A DNA stretch of 20,567 nucleotides from a candidate division WOR-3 bacterium. GTDB taxonomy: Bacteria > Hydrothermota > Hydrothermia > LBFQ01 > DSFT01. The stretch is taken from the NCBI GenBank assembly GCA_965649115.1, contig CBFGJN010000033.1:1-20567 (forward strand), given 5' to 3'. This document shows positions 1-8,006 of this stretch, one piece after another (within the stretch, counting starts at the first letter, position 1; every line of letters begins with the position of its first letter). The notes under the pieces were generated by a model. That model searched no databases and was not told where the DNA came from. It saw nothing but the letters and a program-made list of their open reading frames with translations. The translations under genes and the position numbers were made by a program.

Positions 1-126
1 TGATAATGAATAGTTTTTATAGTTATAGTAATTTGGCTGATTGAGGGGTTGATATGGGAGGGGATGAGTTAAAATATAGTGGGGGTATCCATAGGGAAGG
101 TAGAGGGGGAATTATTGGACAAGGCA
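1..126 (+). mobile_element. MITE, strongly degenerate copy truncated by window edge
   Basis: G-rich tract ending in GAATTATTGGACAAGGCA right TIR. Confidence 0.6.
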
Positions 127-148
127 TAAAGTCAATGCCTTTTAACTT

Positions 149-154
149 TAAAAT
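149..154 (+). promoter_or_regulatory. putative -10 box of leaderless mrp transcript
   Basis: ACTT-TAAAAT 9 nt before ATG; no SD. Confidence 0.6.
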
Positions 155-163
155 TTTCGCATT

Positions 164-1195
164 ATGCTTAAGGAAATATACGAAGTTCTCAAAGAAATCA
201 AAATTAATAGCTCAAACATTGTTGAACTTGGGTGGATTAGTGAAGTTTTCTTTGAAAATGAAAAACTTAAAATTTTTTTAAGAATCCCAAAAGAATATAT
301 GAACTATTCAAATGAAATTTCAAATATAATAAGAACTGCTTTGAAAGAGAAGATGAATTTACAAAAGATAGAGATTACAATAAAAGAAAAACTTGAAAGA
401 GAACAAAAATTTCAACAAAAAAACATATTTAATCCTCAAAAAATTGAGGGAATAAAAAAAATTATTGGTATAGCAAGTGGTAAAGGAGGAGTTGGTAAAT
501 CTACAATTGCAGTAAATTTAGCAGTTAGTCTTGCTCAAAAAAATTACAAGGTAGGATTATTTGATGCGGATGTATATGGTCCATCAGCAGGAACACTATT
601 AAATATAAAAGGTCAAGTTTTAAAATTTAGTCAAGATAACAAGTTTATACCTGTTGAGAATTATGGAATAAAAATTGTAAGTTTTTCAAGTTTATTAGAT
701 GAAGGAATTCCTGTTATTTGGAGAGGAACAATGTTTCACAAAGTGTTTTCGGACTTATTTTTTAATACCCTTTGGGGAAATTTAGACTATTTAATTATTG
801 ATTTTCCACCCGGGACAGGAGATGCTCAAATTTCAACATGTCAATTAGTAAAATTAGATGGAGTTATCATTATAACAACACCTCAAAAAGTATCTCTTGA
901 TGATGTTAGAAGAACAATAAATGCTTTTAAGAAATTACAAGTTGAAATTATTGGAATTGTTGAAAACATGAGTTATATTATTGATACTTGTGGCAAGAGG
1001 ATTGACATTTTTGGAAAGGATGGAGGGAAAATACTTTCAGAAGAATTTAACATTCCATTAATTTGCCAAATTCCACTTGATGTTGAATTTTTAGAATTAG
1101 CTGATAGAGGAATTCCATTTGTTGTAAATAAACCTAAAAACAATAGTCAAATTGAAATTATAAAAGCATTTGATAGAATTTGTGAGTTTATATGA
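164..1195 (+). CDS. mrp: Mrp/NBP35 (ApbC) family P-loop ATPase, Fe-S cluster carrier
   Basis: ASGKGGVGKST deviant Walker A, DADVYGPS, WRG, DYLIIDFPPGTGDAQ, GIVENMS motifs. Confidence 0.93.
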   Translation: MLKEIYEVLKEIKINSSNIVELGWISEVFFENEKLKIFLRIPKEYMNYSNEISNIIRTALKEKMNLQKIEITIKEKLEREQKFQQKNIFNPQKIEGIKKIIGIASGKGGVGKSTIAVNLAVSLAQKNYKVGLFDADVYGPSAGTLLNIKGQVLKFSQDNKFIPVENYGIKIVSFSSLLDEGIPVIWRGTMFHKVFSDLFFNTLWGNLDYLIIDFPPGTGDAQISTCQLVKLDGVIIITTPQKVSLDDVRRTINAFKKLQVEIIGIVENMSYIIDTCGKRIDIFGKDGGKILSEEFNIPLICQIPLDVEFLELADRGIPFVVNKPKNNSQIEIIKAFDRICEFI

Positions 1196-2043
1196 AAGGT
1201 ATAATTTTAGCAGGTGGACTTGGCACAAGACTTTATCCAATTACAAAAATTATTACAAAACAACTTCTTTTAGTTTATGACAAGCCATTAATATATTATC
1301 CACTTTCGGTCTTAATGCTTGCTAATATAAAGGAAATTTTAATAATTACTGACAAGGATAATTTAGAAAAATTTAAAACTTTACTTTCAGATGGAAGCCA
1401 TATTGGAATAAAAATTCATTATGCTATTCAGAAAGAGCCAAGAGGAATAGCAGAAAGTATAATTATAGCAGAGGATTTCATAGACGATGAATTTGCTTTA
1501 ATACTTGGAGATAATATCATATATGGTCATGGCTTACCAGAAATTCTAAGAACAACAAAATCACCTTCAATTTTCTTATATTATGTAAATGACCCGAGAA
1601 GGTATGGTGTTGCTGAAATAAAAAACAATAAAATCATTTCTATTGAAGAGAAACCAGAAAATCCAAAAAGTAATTTTGCAATTATTGGATTGTACTATCT
1701 TGATAAATATGCTCTTGAAATAGCGAAAAATTTAAAACCTTCAAAAAGAAATGAACTTGAAATTACTGATGTATTAAAGGTTTATCTAAATGAAGGTAAA
1801 TTAAATTATAAAATCCTTGGAAGAGGTTTTACATTTATAGATTGTGGAACTTTTGATAGTCTTGTTGAAGCAAGTTTATTTATATGGACTATTGAAAAAA
1901 GACAAGGTTTGAAAATTGGATGTATTGAAGAAGTTGCTTATAGAATGGGATATATAACCAAAAAAGAGATTATTGAAATAGCCAATAATTACAAAAATAG
2001 TAGCTATGGTGATTATTTAATGAAAATAGCAGTTGAAGAGTAG
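1192..2043 (+). CDS. rfbA: glucose-1-phosphate thymidylyltransferase
   Basis: MKGIILAGGLGTRLYP, KQLL.VYDKP, LILGDN, EEKP, RNELEITD motifs; ATGA overlap with upstream gene. Confidence 0.95.
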   Translation: MKGIILAGGLGTRLYPITKIITKQLLLVYDKPLIYYPLSVLMLANIKEILIITDKDNLEKFKTLLSDGSHIGIKIHYAIQKEPRGIAESIIIAEDFIDDEFALILGDNIIYGHGLPEILRTTKSPSIFLYYVNDPRRYGVAEIKNNKIISIEEKPENPKSNFAIIGLYYLDKYALEIAKNLKPSKRNELEITDVLKVYLNEGKLNYKILGRGFTFIDCGTFDSLVEASLFIWTIEKRQGLKIGCIEEVAYRMGYITKKEIIEIANNYKNSSYGDYLMKIAVEE

Positions 2044-2049
2044 TATTAA

Positions 2050-2216
2050 TAGCTTGTGAGAAAAATTACTGAAATTATAGATTTTAAAAGGGGAGTTGAT
2101 GGGGAGCTTTTGCCCCCCAAAGCAAAAAATGGGTATTTTAAAGCCAAAGGCTTAATTTTAGGGTGGGTGGGGAAAATATAGAAAAATATATATTTTTGGA
2201 ATTACTAGACAAAACA
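2050..2216 (+). mobile_element. MITE lacking left TIR (left boundary approximate)
   Basis: AATGGGTATTTTAAAGCCAAAGGCTT, AGGGTGGGTGGGG, right end TTACTAGACAAAACA. Confidence 0.8.
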
Positions 2217-2237
2217 CTTTCTAATTAATTTAAACTT

Positions 2238-2243
2238 TAAAAT
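2238..2243 (+). promoter_or_regulatory. putative -10 box of leaderless mreB transcript
   Basis: ACTT-TAAAAT 7 nt before TTG; no SD. Confidence 0.6.
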
Positions 2244-2250
2244 TTCGCAC

Positions 2251-3276
2251 TTGCTAAAATTTTTTTCATCAGAGATTGGTATAGACTTAGGGACTGCTTG
2301 GACATTAGTTTATCAAAAAAATAAAGGTATTGTTTTAAGAGTTCCATCAGTTGTTGCATATGATATTGAAAGAAAGGAAGTTATAGCAATTGGTGAAGAA
2401 GCTAAAATGATGTATGGAAAGACACCGGAAGGAATTGTAGCGGTAAGACCTATTAGAGATGGAGTTATTGAAAATCTTGAACTTGTTCAAGAATTTTTAT
2501 ACAGAATTATTCGGAAAATTAGTAAATTTATAAGTCCTGTTCTTGTTGTCGGTGTTCCTGCTGGTGCTAATGAAGTTGAAAGAAAAGCTGTAATAGATGC
2601 GGGTATTGGGGCAGGTGCAAGGGAAGTATTTTTAGTCCCAGAACCAATAGCATCTGCAATAGGAATAGGTCTTGATATTTCTAAACCAAAAGGTCATATG
2701 GTGGTTGATATTGGAGGAGGGACTTCTGAAATAGCTATTATTTCTTTAAATCAAATAGCTCATCAAAATTCTATTAAAATAGCAGGTGATGAAATGGATG
2801 AATCAATTATTGAGTACATTAGAAGAAAATACAATACAAATATAGGTTATTTAACAGCAGAAGAAATAAAAATTAAAATTGGCAATGCTTATCCATCTGA
2901 GAATGAAGAATATGTTGAAATATCTGGATGGGATATGATTCAACATAGACCAAAAACAATAAAAATTTCTTCATCAGAAGTTAGAGAAGCTCTAAATAGC
3001 CCAATTAATCAAATTATAAGTGCTATTTCAAGATTACTTGAAGATGCAAAAGCTGATTTGGTTAGAGATGTTCTTGAAAATGGAATTTATTTAACAGGTG
3101 GAGGTTCATTAATAAGAGGTTTGGATTTAAGAATTCAGGAAGAATTGAACATAAAGGTTCATAGAGTTGATTATCCTCTTGAAACAGTAGTAAGAGGAAT
3201 TGGTAAAATTGTAGATAATTTAAACAGATTTAAACCTTTGCTTTCAAAGGGTAGAAAAATTTTAAAAGTTAGGTGA
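2251..3276 (+). CDS. mreB: rod shape-determining actin-like protein MreB (TTG start)
   Basis: GIDLGTA, RPIRDGVI, VVDIGGGTSE, LTGGGSLIRGL motifs. Confidence 0.95.
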   Translation: MLKFFSSEIGIDLGTAWTLVYQKNKGIVLRVPSVVAYDIERKEVIAIGEEAKMMYGKTPEGIVAVRPIRDGVIENLELVQEFLYRIIRKISKFISPVLVVGVPAGANEVERKAVIDAGIGAGAREVFLVPEPIASAIGIGLDISKPKGHMVVDIGGGTSEIAIISLNQIAHQNSIKIAGDEMDESIIEYIRRKYNTNIGYLTAEEIKIKIGNAYPSENEEYVEISGWDMIQHRPKTIKISSSEVREALNSPINQIISAISRLLEDAKADLVRDVLENGIYLTGGGSLIRGLDLRIQEELNIKVHRVDYPLETVVRGIGKIVDNLNRFKPLLSKGRKILKVR

Positions 3277-3911
3277 ATTTTTATAGTTTTTTAATTTTTT
3301 TAATATCAATTTTATTTGTTTTTAAGCTTCCAAGGATTATTATTTTTGAAAATTTAAATTTTTTTTACAAACCAATTTTAAGTCTTGAAAGCTTTATATG
3401 GGATATAATAAGTTTGAAGAATGATTTTGAAAAACTTATTTTAGGAAGTGATGAATTTAAAAATTTTGGTTTTGGTATTTCTTTTATTCCTCCAATTTAT
3501 CCAAAAGAAATTGTTTTAAGCTTAGGTAGCAAAGATGGTATAAGCTATAATGATATTTTATCTGTAAAGAACATTCTGATTGGGAAAATTGTTGAAGTAA
3601 ATGAAAAATCAAGCAAGGCAATAACAATATATAATGAAAATTTTTCTGCTTCGGTTTTAATAAAAGGGAGTAATTATCTTGGTATCTTTGAAGGGGGAGA
3701 TATTCCAAGAATTTCATACATTTCAGAAGGTTCAAATATAAAAGAGGGTGATACGATTCTAACATCATCTTTTGATGGTTTATTTCCTTATGGACTATTT
3801 GTTGGCATTGTAGGTAAAACAGTAGAGAGAAGAGGGACTTTTGAAAGTAGAGAAGTTATTTTACCATATAAGTTTGAAAGAATAATGATGTTCAATATAA
3901 TTAAACCTTAA
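3273..3911 (+). CDS. mreC: rod shape-determining protein MreC (short; GTG start)
   Basis: Directly follows mreB; N-terminal hydrophobic segment; GSKDGI, LIGKIVEV, EGDTILTS..DGLFPYGLFVG motifs. Confidence 0.85.
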   Translation: MNFYSFLIFLISILFVFKLPRIIIFENLNFFYKPILSLESFIWDIISLKNDFEKLILGSDEFKNFGFGISFIPPIYPKEIVLSLGSKDGISYNDILSVKNILIGKIVEVNEKSSKAITIYNENFSASVLIKGSNYLGIFEGGDIPRISYISEGSNIKEGDTILTSSFDGLFPYGLFVGIVGKTVERRGTFESREVILPYKFERIMMFNIIKP

Positions 3912-3944
3912 ACCCCATTTTATACTATAAGGGGCACAGCTCTT

Positions 3945-4111
3945 AATTATTTCCAATGAAAATTTAAAGAAAATTGTTGATTTATTGGGGGTTTATTTAA
4001 GGGGACAAAGCCCCCTACCGAAGAATGGGTATTTTAAAGCGGAAGGCTTTTATTTAGGGTGGGTGGGAAAATAAAGGAAAATAAATAATTCCAGAATTAT
4101 TGGACACAGCA
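3945..4111 (+). mobile_element. MITE lacking left TIR (left boundary approximate)
   Basis: AATGGGTATTTTAAAGCGGAAGGCTT, AGGGTGGGTGGG, right end TTATTGGACACAGCA. Confidence 0.8.
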
Positions 4112-4438
4112 AGATAAATAATCAAATTAAATTTTTTTTAAATTGATAAATTGTTAAATTTTATTTAATAATGAAGTTTTTATAAATTGACTTTTTAATT
4201 TGTTAAATTAAGGCATAAATTAAATAACTTATTGATTATCAATAATTTAAACCTTGTCACAAACCCCCCTCTTTTTTAAAAATTCTCACTTTTCAAAAAT
4301 TTAATTTTAATCAGACAAATTAAAATTTAGTATTTACAAGGATTTTAGATATATTTTAAGTTATTAATTTTCAATAACTTATAAAATTTTTTATTTAAAA
4401 AGCTTATCAGAAGCGAGAGTCACAAACTAAAAATTTTG

Positions 4439-4605
4439 TGCTTTGTCCAATAAATAATGATAAGTGATTGATTTAATGGGGGGGATTTTAGGGGGGCGAA
4501 GCCCCCCAAGGCATAAGATGGGGTTTTTTAAAGCCGAAGGCTTGAATTTAGGGAGGGTGGGAAAAATAAGAAAAATATATATTTTTAGAATTATTGGATA
4601 CAGCA
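4439..4605 (+). mobile_element. MITE, near-complete copy
   Basis: TGCTTTGTCCAATAA ... TTATTGGATACAGCA; internal GGGGGCGAAGCCCCC and AAGCCGAAGGCTT hairpins; no TSD. Confidence 0.85.
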
Positions 4606-4670
4606 ATTAAGAGTTATTTATTAATTTATCATTTTAATTTGACTAATAACAAGGTGGAGGTTTGTGGCAG

Positions 4671-4905
4671 TTGACATTCGTTGCTTTGTCCAATAAATAG
4701 TGTTAAGTAATTGATAATCAATGATTTATGAAAAGTTTTCTGAAATTCTTGATTTTATAGGGGGTTTTAATGGGAGGCAAAGCCGAAATATGGGTATTTT
4801 AAAGGCTCTGCCTTAATTTTAGTGTGGTTGAGCAAAATATAGAAATAACTATACTTTCCGAATTATTGGACAAAGCAGACATTCGTTTGAAGTATGCTTT
4901 AAAAT
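4671..4905 (+). promoter_or_regulatory. sigma70-type promoter interrupted by a MITE (TTGACA at 4671-4676; TAAAAT at 4900-4905)
   Basis: Removing the element and one TSD copy restores TTGACA-N18-TAAAAT. Confidence 0.7.
4682..4877 (+). mobile_element. MITE, complete copy with perfect 15-bp TIRs and 9-bp target-site duplication
   Basis: TGCTTTGTCCAATAA ... TTATTGGACAAAGCA flanked by GACATTCGT at 4673-4681 and 4878-4886; no coding capacity. Confidence 0.9.
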
Positions 4906-4970
4906 TTTAACTATGAACCACATTAACAGTATTAGTCCAATAGTTATTCAATATAAAAAGGAGGTTGATT

Positions 4971-5099
4971 ATGGAAGAAAAGAAAAGAAGGAAAAAGGAA
5001 GAAGTCAAAGAGCAAAATGAACAGCAAGAGCAAGAAAAAGAGAAAAATGAGGAAAATAAAGATAAAAAAGAAGTAAAAACTCTAAATCAACACTTATGA
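4971..5099 (+). CDS. small highly charged hypothetical protein, 42 aa (MEEKKRRKKEEVKEQNEQQEQEKEKNEENKDKKEVKTLNQHL)
   Basis: Strong SD AAGGAGG at 4958-4964; TGA stop overlaps the ATG of the next gene (ATGA at 5096-5099); below ORF-track cutoff. Confidence 0.55.
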   Translation: MEEKKRRKKEEVKEQNEQQEQEKEKNEENKDKKEVKTLNQHL

Positions 5100-5761
5100 T
5101 GCCTGATAAGAAAATATGGACGTTGGATTTTTTCTCTTTAAATATGCTTCAAGCTAATAACTTTAATTTAGAAGTTAATTTTATTGAGCACAATTTAGAA
5201 CTGTTAGATATTATTAACAAATCTGTTATAGTTATAAAAAACGATGATAATGCTGCTTTTCTGGTATCTTACTATCAAATTCCTTCAACAAGAATTTTGA
5301 GAAAATCTAACATTAAGGTCAATCCAGGAGATGAAATGTTAATAATGTCAAAAGGAGGATTTTACTATGTCAGAGTTGTCAGTGGAAATTATGATATTAT
5401 CAGAGAAAACATAAATCAAAACATAGGAGAGACAATTATGGATGTTAAAATTTTAGAGTTTGAGATAGTTGGTGGAGTTATAGACCCAACACCTGAACTA
5501 TATGAAAAAGTTTATCAAGCAGCAAATGAGATATTTAGTAAAGAAGGTTGGAATAATCTTTGGGTGCTTTCTGGTAGAGGACCTGTATGGTTATACTCTG
5601 CTTTAACTCATATTGCTCACCCTACTGCTGGATTAGCAATATATGAACCAAGAATGAATAAAGCAATTATTGTATCAAGACATAGAAAAGATATTCCATC
5701 AGAATTTTCAATCATAGATATACCAGAAAATGCTAAAAAGGTAATGATGAGAGTAGTATGA
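5096..5761 (+). CDS. csx3: Csx3/Crn3-family ring nuclease with an N-terminal degenerate AcrIII-1/DUF1874-like domain
   Basis: C-terminal VLSGRGPVWLYSALTHIAHPT..AIYEPR..AIIVSRH resembles the Csx3 signature (SGRGPIWL..H..H..YDPR..VV.SH); N-terminal KIWTLDFFSLNML...IKVNPGDEMLI resembles DUF1874 (YLxNAFSxNML...IKLxxGD). Confidence 0.8.
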   Translation: MMPDKKIWTLDFFSLNMLQANNFNLEVNFIEHNLELLDIINKSVIVIKNDDNAAFLVSYYQIPSTRILRKSNIKVNPGDEMLIMSKGGFYYVRVVSGNYDIIRENINQNIGETIMDVKILEFEIVGGVIDPTPELYEKVYQAANEIFSKEGWNNLWVLSGRGPVWLYSALTHIAHPTAGLAIYEPRMNKAIIVSRHRKDIPSEFSIIDIPENAKKVMMRVV

Positions 5762-6318
5762 AAAGGTTATTATCATTTCAAATAGAAGATAATAGTTATA
5801 GTTATGATGCTTACATTAATGCTAAAAATAGAACATTATCAGAAGTTATAAATGAAATAGCAAGAAAAAACATAAGAAACAGCACAGTTAAGGTTTATAA
5901 TTTCAATCCAAAATTATCACAATCAATAGATGGAACATCTTCATTTGCTATCCTTGAAAAACTCAATACAAAAGTTGATATTGTTTTTGAAAGATATCCA
6001 GGTGATATTTCATTTAGAATTACATCAGAAGAAGAGAAAAAAATCAAAAGACAAGAATTATACGAAGAGGAATTCTGGGGTTTAGGACTTAAAAAAGCGG
6101 ATAAGTTTATTATTTATATTGGAACATTACTTGAAATTCCAAAGGATAACTTTGATTATCTTGTACTGGGACCTTTTCTTCTTACACAAAGAGAGGTTAT
6201 TCCAGACACATTTATAAACATTATCAGAAGCTTTGGATATAAAGATGAGCAAATTATATCGCTATTTACCAACTATTATAAAAAATCACTTTCATTTAAA
6301 GGTAAATGTTTCATCTGA
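5758..6318 (+). CDS. hypothetical protein
   Basis: 186-aa ORF, ATGA-coupled to the csx3-like gene; no recognised motif. Confidence 0.7.
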   Translation: MKRLLSFQIEDNSYSYDAYINAKNRTLSEVINEIARKNIRNSTVKVYNFNPKLSQSIDGTSSFAILEKLNTKVDIVFERYPGDISFRITSEEEKKIKRQELYEEEFWGLGLKKADKFIIYIGTLLEIPKDNFDYLVLGPFLLTQREVIPDTFINIIRSFGYKDEQIISLFTNYYKKSLSFKGKCFI

Positions 6319-6341
6319 ACATAGTGGAATTTAAAATTTTT

Positions 6342-6369
6342 AATGGGATATTTATAAACCAAAGGCTTT
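6342..6369 (+). repeat. internal fragment of the MITE
   Basis: AATGGGATATTTATAAACCAAAGGCTTT resembles consensus AATGGGTATTTTAAAGCCGAAGGCTT. Confidence 0.45.
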
Positions 6370-6389
6370 GCCTTTAAAATTTTAAAATC

Positions 6390-6917
6390 TTGCAAAATAA
6401 CATTATATTTGCGATTGAAAAACTTATTTCAATTGAAAAATTTTTAATTTGGAGAATAAATATATCACCTCTTCAATTTCAAATTCTAAGTTATTTAAAT
6501 AATCATCCTATTGAAATGAATAGAGTAATTAATTTGTCAAAGGAATTTAATTTGAAGAAATCAACAATTAGTAGAAGTTTAAATTTACTCCTAAAAAAAG
6601 GTTATGTTAATAAAATTATAAATTCAAAAAATAGGAAACAAGTTTATTTTGTAATCAATAATAAAGGAAGAGAAATTCTTAAAAGGAATATAGGTTTTGA
6701 GCAGATTTTAGAAATTTTAGACGAAGAAGAAAAGATATTACTCTATAATTTACTTTTGAAAGTCTTGAAGAAAGCTTATGATTTGGGTTTTATTAGTTCT
6801 TTAAGAAGTTGCTATAATTGTAAATTTTTTAACAATTACTATTGTGAGTTCTTAAAAATTCATTTAACTAAAAAGGAAATAAAAATTGATTGTCTGGATT
6901 ATAAACCCAATTTATGA
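6390..6917 (+). CDS. MarR-family winged-helix regulator with C-terminal four-Cys motif (TTG start)
   Basis: ISPLQFQILSYL...KSTISRSLNLLLKKGYV...NKGRE wHTH; C-terminal CYNC-x7-C-x15-C. Confidence 0.85.
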   Translation: MQNNIIFAIEKLISIEKFLIWRINISPLQFQILSYLNNHPIEMNRVINLSKEFNLKKSTISRSLNLLLKKGYVNKIINSKNRKQVYFVINNKGREILKRNIGFEQILEILDEEEKILLYNLLLKVLKKAYDLGFISSLRSCYNCKFFNNYYCEFLKIHLTKKEIKIDCLDYKPNL

Positions 6918-7663
6918 TTTTACTAATTATTTTTTCTCAAACATTTCCAAAACCTTATGGATTTGTTAATGATTATGCTAAAATTTTAAATTCAAATCAA
7001 ATAAATGAATTAGAAGAGTATTTAAGAAATATAGAAAAAGCAACGTCGGTTGAAATTGCTATTGCTATTTTTGATTCAATTGGTTATCCTATTGAGGAAT
7101 ATGCAAATTTATTATTTGAAAAATGGGGTATTGGTAAAAAAAATAAAGATAATGGAATTTTGATTTTGGTTTCAATAAAGGAAAAACTAATAAGAATAGA
7201 AGTTGGTTATGGACTTGAAGAAATTATAACAGATGGAATAGCTGGTGAAATTATAAGAAATAATATGGTTCCTTATTTTAGAAATGGAAATTATTATCTT
7301 GGGCTTAAAAGTGCTATATTAGAAATTGAAAAAAGAATTTCAAACTATGAGCAATCAAATAAAAACGATAATAAACAAAGAGAAAATGGATACCCATTTA
7401 TTATTGGTTTATTTGTGGGTGTATTTTTAAGCTATATAGGATTAATTTTAGGAATAATTTTTCTTTTTCTTTACTTTATCTTTAAATCAAGTTTTATTTT
7501 TCTTCTTTCAATTGGATTTATTGTTGGAAGTTTAATTTCTCTTTTTAGATCGGGAAGGGGATTATATATTCCAAATGGAAATTTTGGAACATTTTCAAGT
7601 GGAGGATTTGGAGGGTTTGGAGGAGGATTGTCAGGTGGAGGAGGAGCAACAGGAAGATGGTAG
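6914..7663 (+). CDS. TPM-domain (YgcG-like) membrane protein
   Basis: VNDYAKIL, LFEKWGIG..DNGILIL, RIEVGYGLE, TM helices, Gly-rich tail ending GGGGATGRW. Confidence 0.92.
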   Translation: MILLIIFSQTFPKPYGFVNDYAKILNSNQINELEEYLRNIEKATSVEIAIAIFDSIGYPIEEYANLLFEKWGIGKKNKDNGILILVSIKEKLIRIEVGYGLEEIITDGIAGEIIRNNMVPYFRNGNYYLGLKSAILEIEKRISNYEQSNKNDNKQRENGYPFIIGLFVGVFLSYIGLILGIIFLFLYFIFKSSFIFLLSIGFIVGSLISLFRSGRGLYIPNGNFGTFSSGGFGGFGGGLSGGGGATGRW

Positions 7664-7674
7664 TTATTACATTT

Positions 7675-7796
7675 AATGAAACTTTTGATTTGTTAGGGGG
7701 ATCTAAGGATGGCAAAGCTCCCAAAGCCTAAAAATAATTATTTTAAAGCGGAAAGGCTTATCTTCAGGGTGGGAAAAAATATATCTGGACAGGGCA
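7675..7796 (+). mobile_element. MITE, degenerate copy (left boundary approximate)
   Basis: TTTTAAAGCGGAAAGGCTT, CAGGGTGGGAAAAAAT, right end CTGGACAGGGCA. Confidence 0.7.
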
Positions 7797-7805
7797 AAAT
7801 TTAAC

Positions 7806-7984
7806 TGCTTTGCCCATTAGGTAATGTTAAGTGCTTGATTAACATTTTTTGAAATTATAGTTTTTATAGGGGGATTTAGGGGGTCGAAGCCCTCACAGGC
7901 AAAAGTTTGGGTTTTTATAAGCCATAGGCTTATTTTCAGGGTTGGTGGGAAAAATATATATTTTTAGAATTATTGGACACAACA
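7806..7984 (+). mobile_element. MITE, complete diverged copy
   Basis: TGCTTTGCCCATTAG ... TTATTGGACACAACA with conserved internal blocks. Confidence 0.8.
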
Positions 7985-8006
7985 ATTGATGGAATTTTCC
8001 ATACTT

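Noticed and set aside
54..281. 75-aa ORF
   Set aside because: Starts in a degenerate MITE and overlaps mrp out of frame
3484..3768. 94-aa minus-strand ORF
   Set aside because: Antisense shadow of mreC with no motif
4112..4250. AT-rich tract with TTG(A/T)TAAATT repeats as a possible oriC unwinding element
   Set aside because: No convincing DnaA boxes; such matches are expected at this AT content
4866..4871. TTGGAC in the right TIR acting as an outward -35 box
   Set aside because: It lies 26-28 nt from the -10 boxes, too far for sigma70 spacing
3912..4970. possible CRISPR array beside the csx3-like gene
   Set aside because: No regularly spaced 25-40 bp direct repeats; the repetition is explained by MITE copies
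5061..5080. programmed -1 frameshift joining the 42-aa ORF to the csx3-like gene
   Set aside because: AAAAAAG is present but not in the A-AAA-AAG phase and there is no downstream structure; ATGA coupling is simpler
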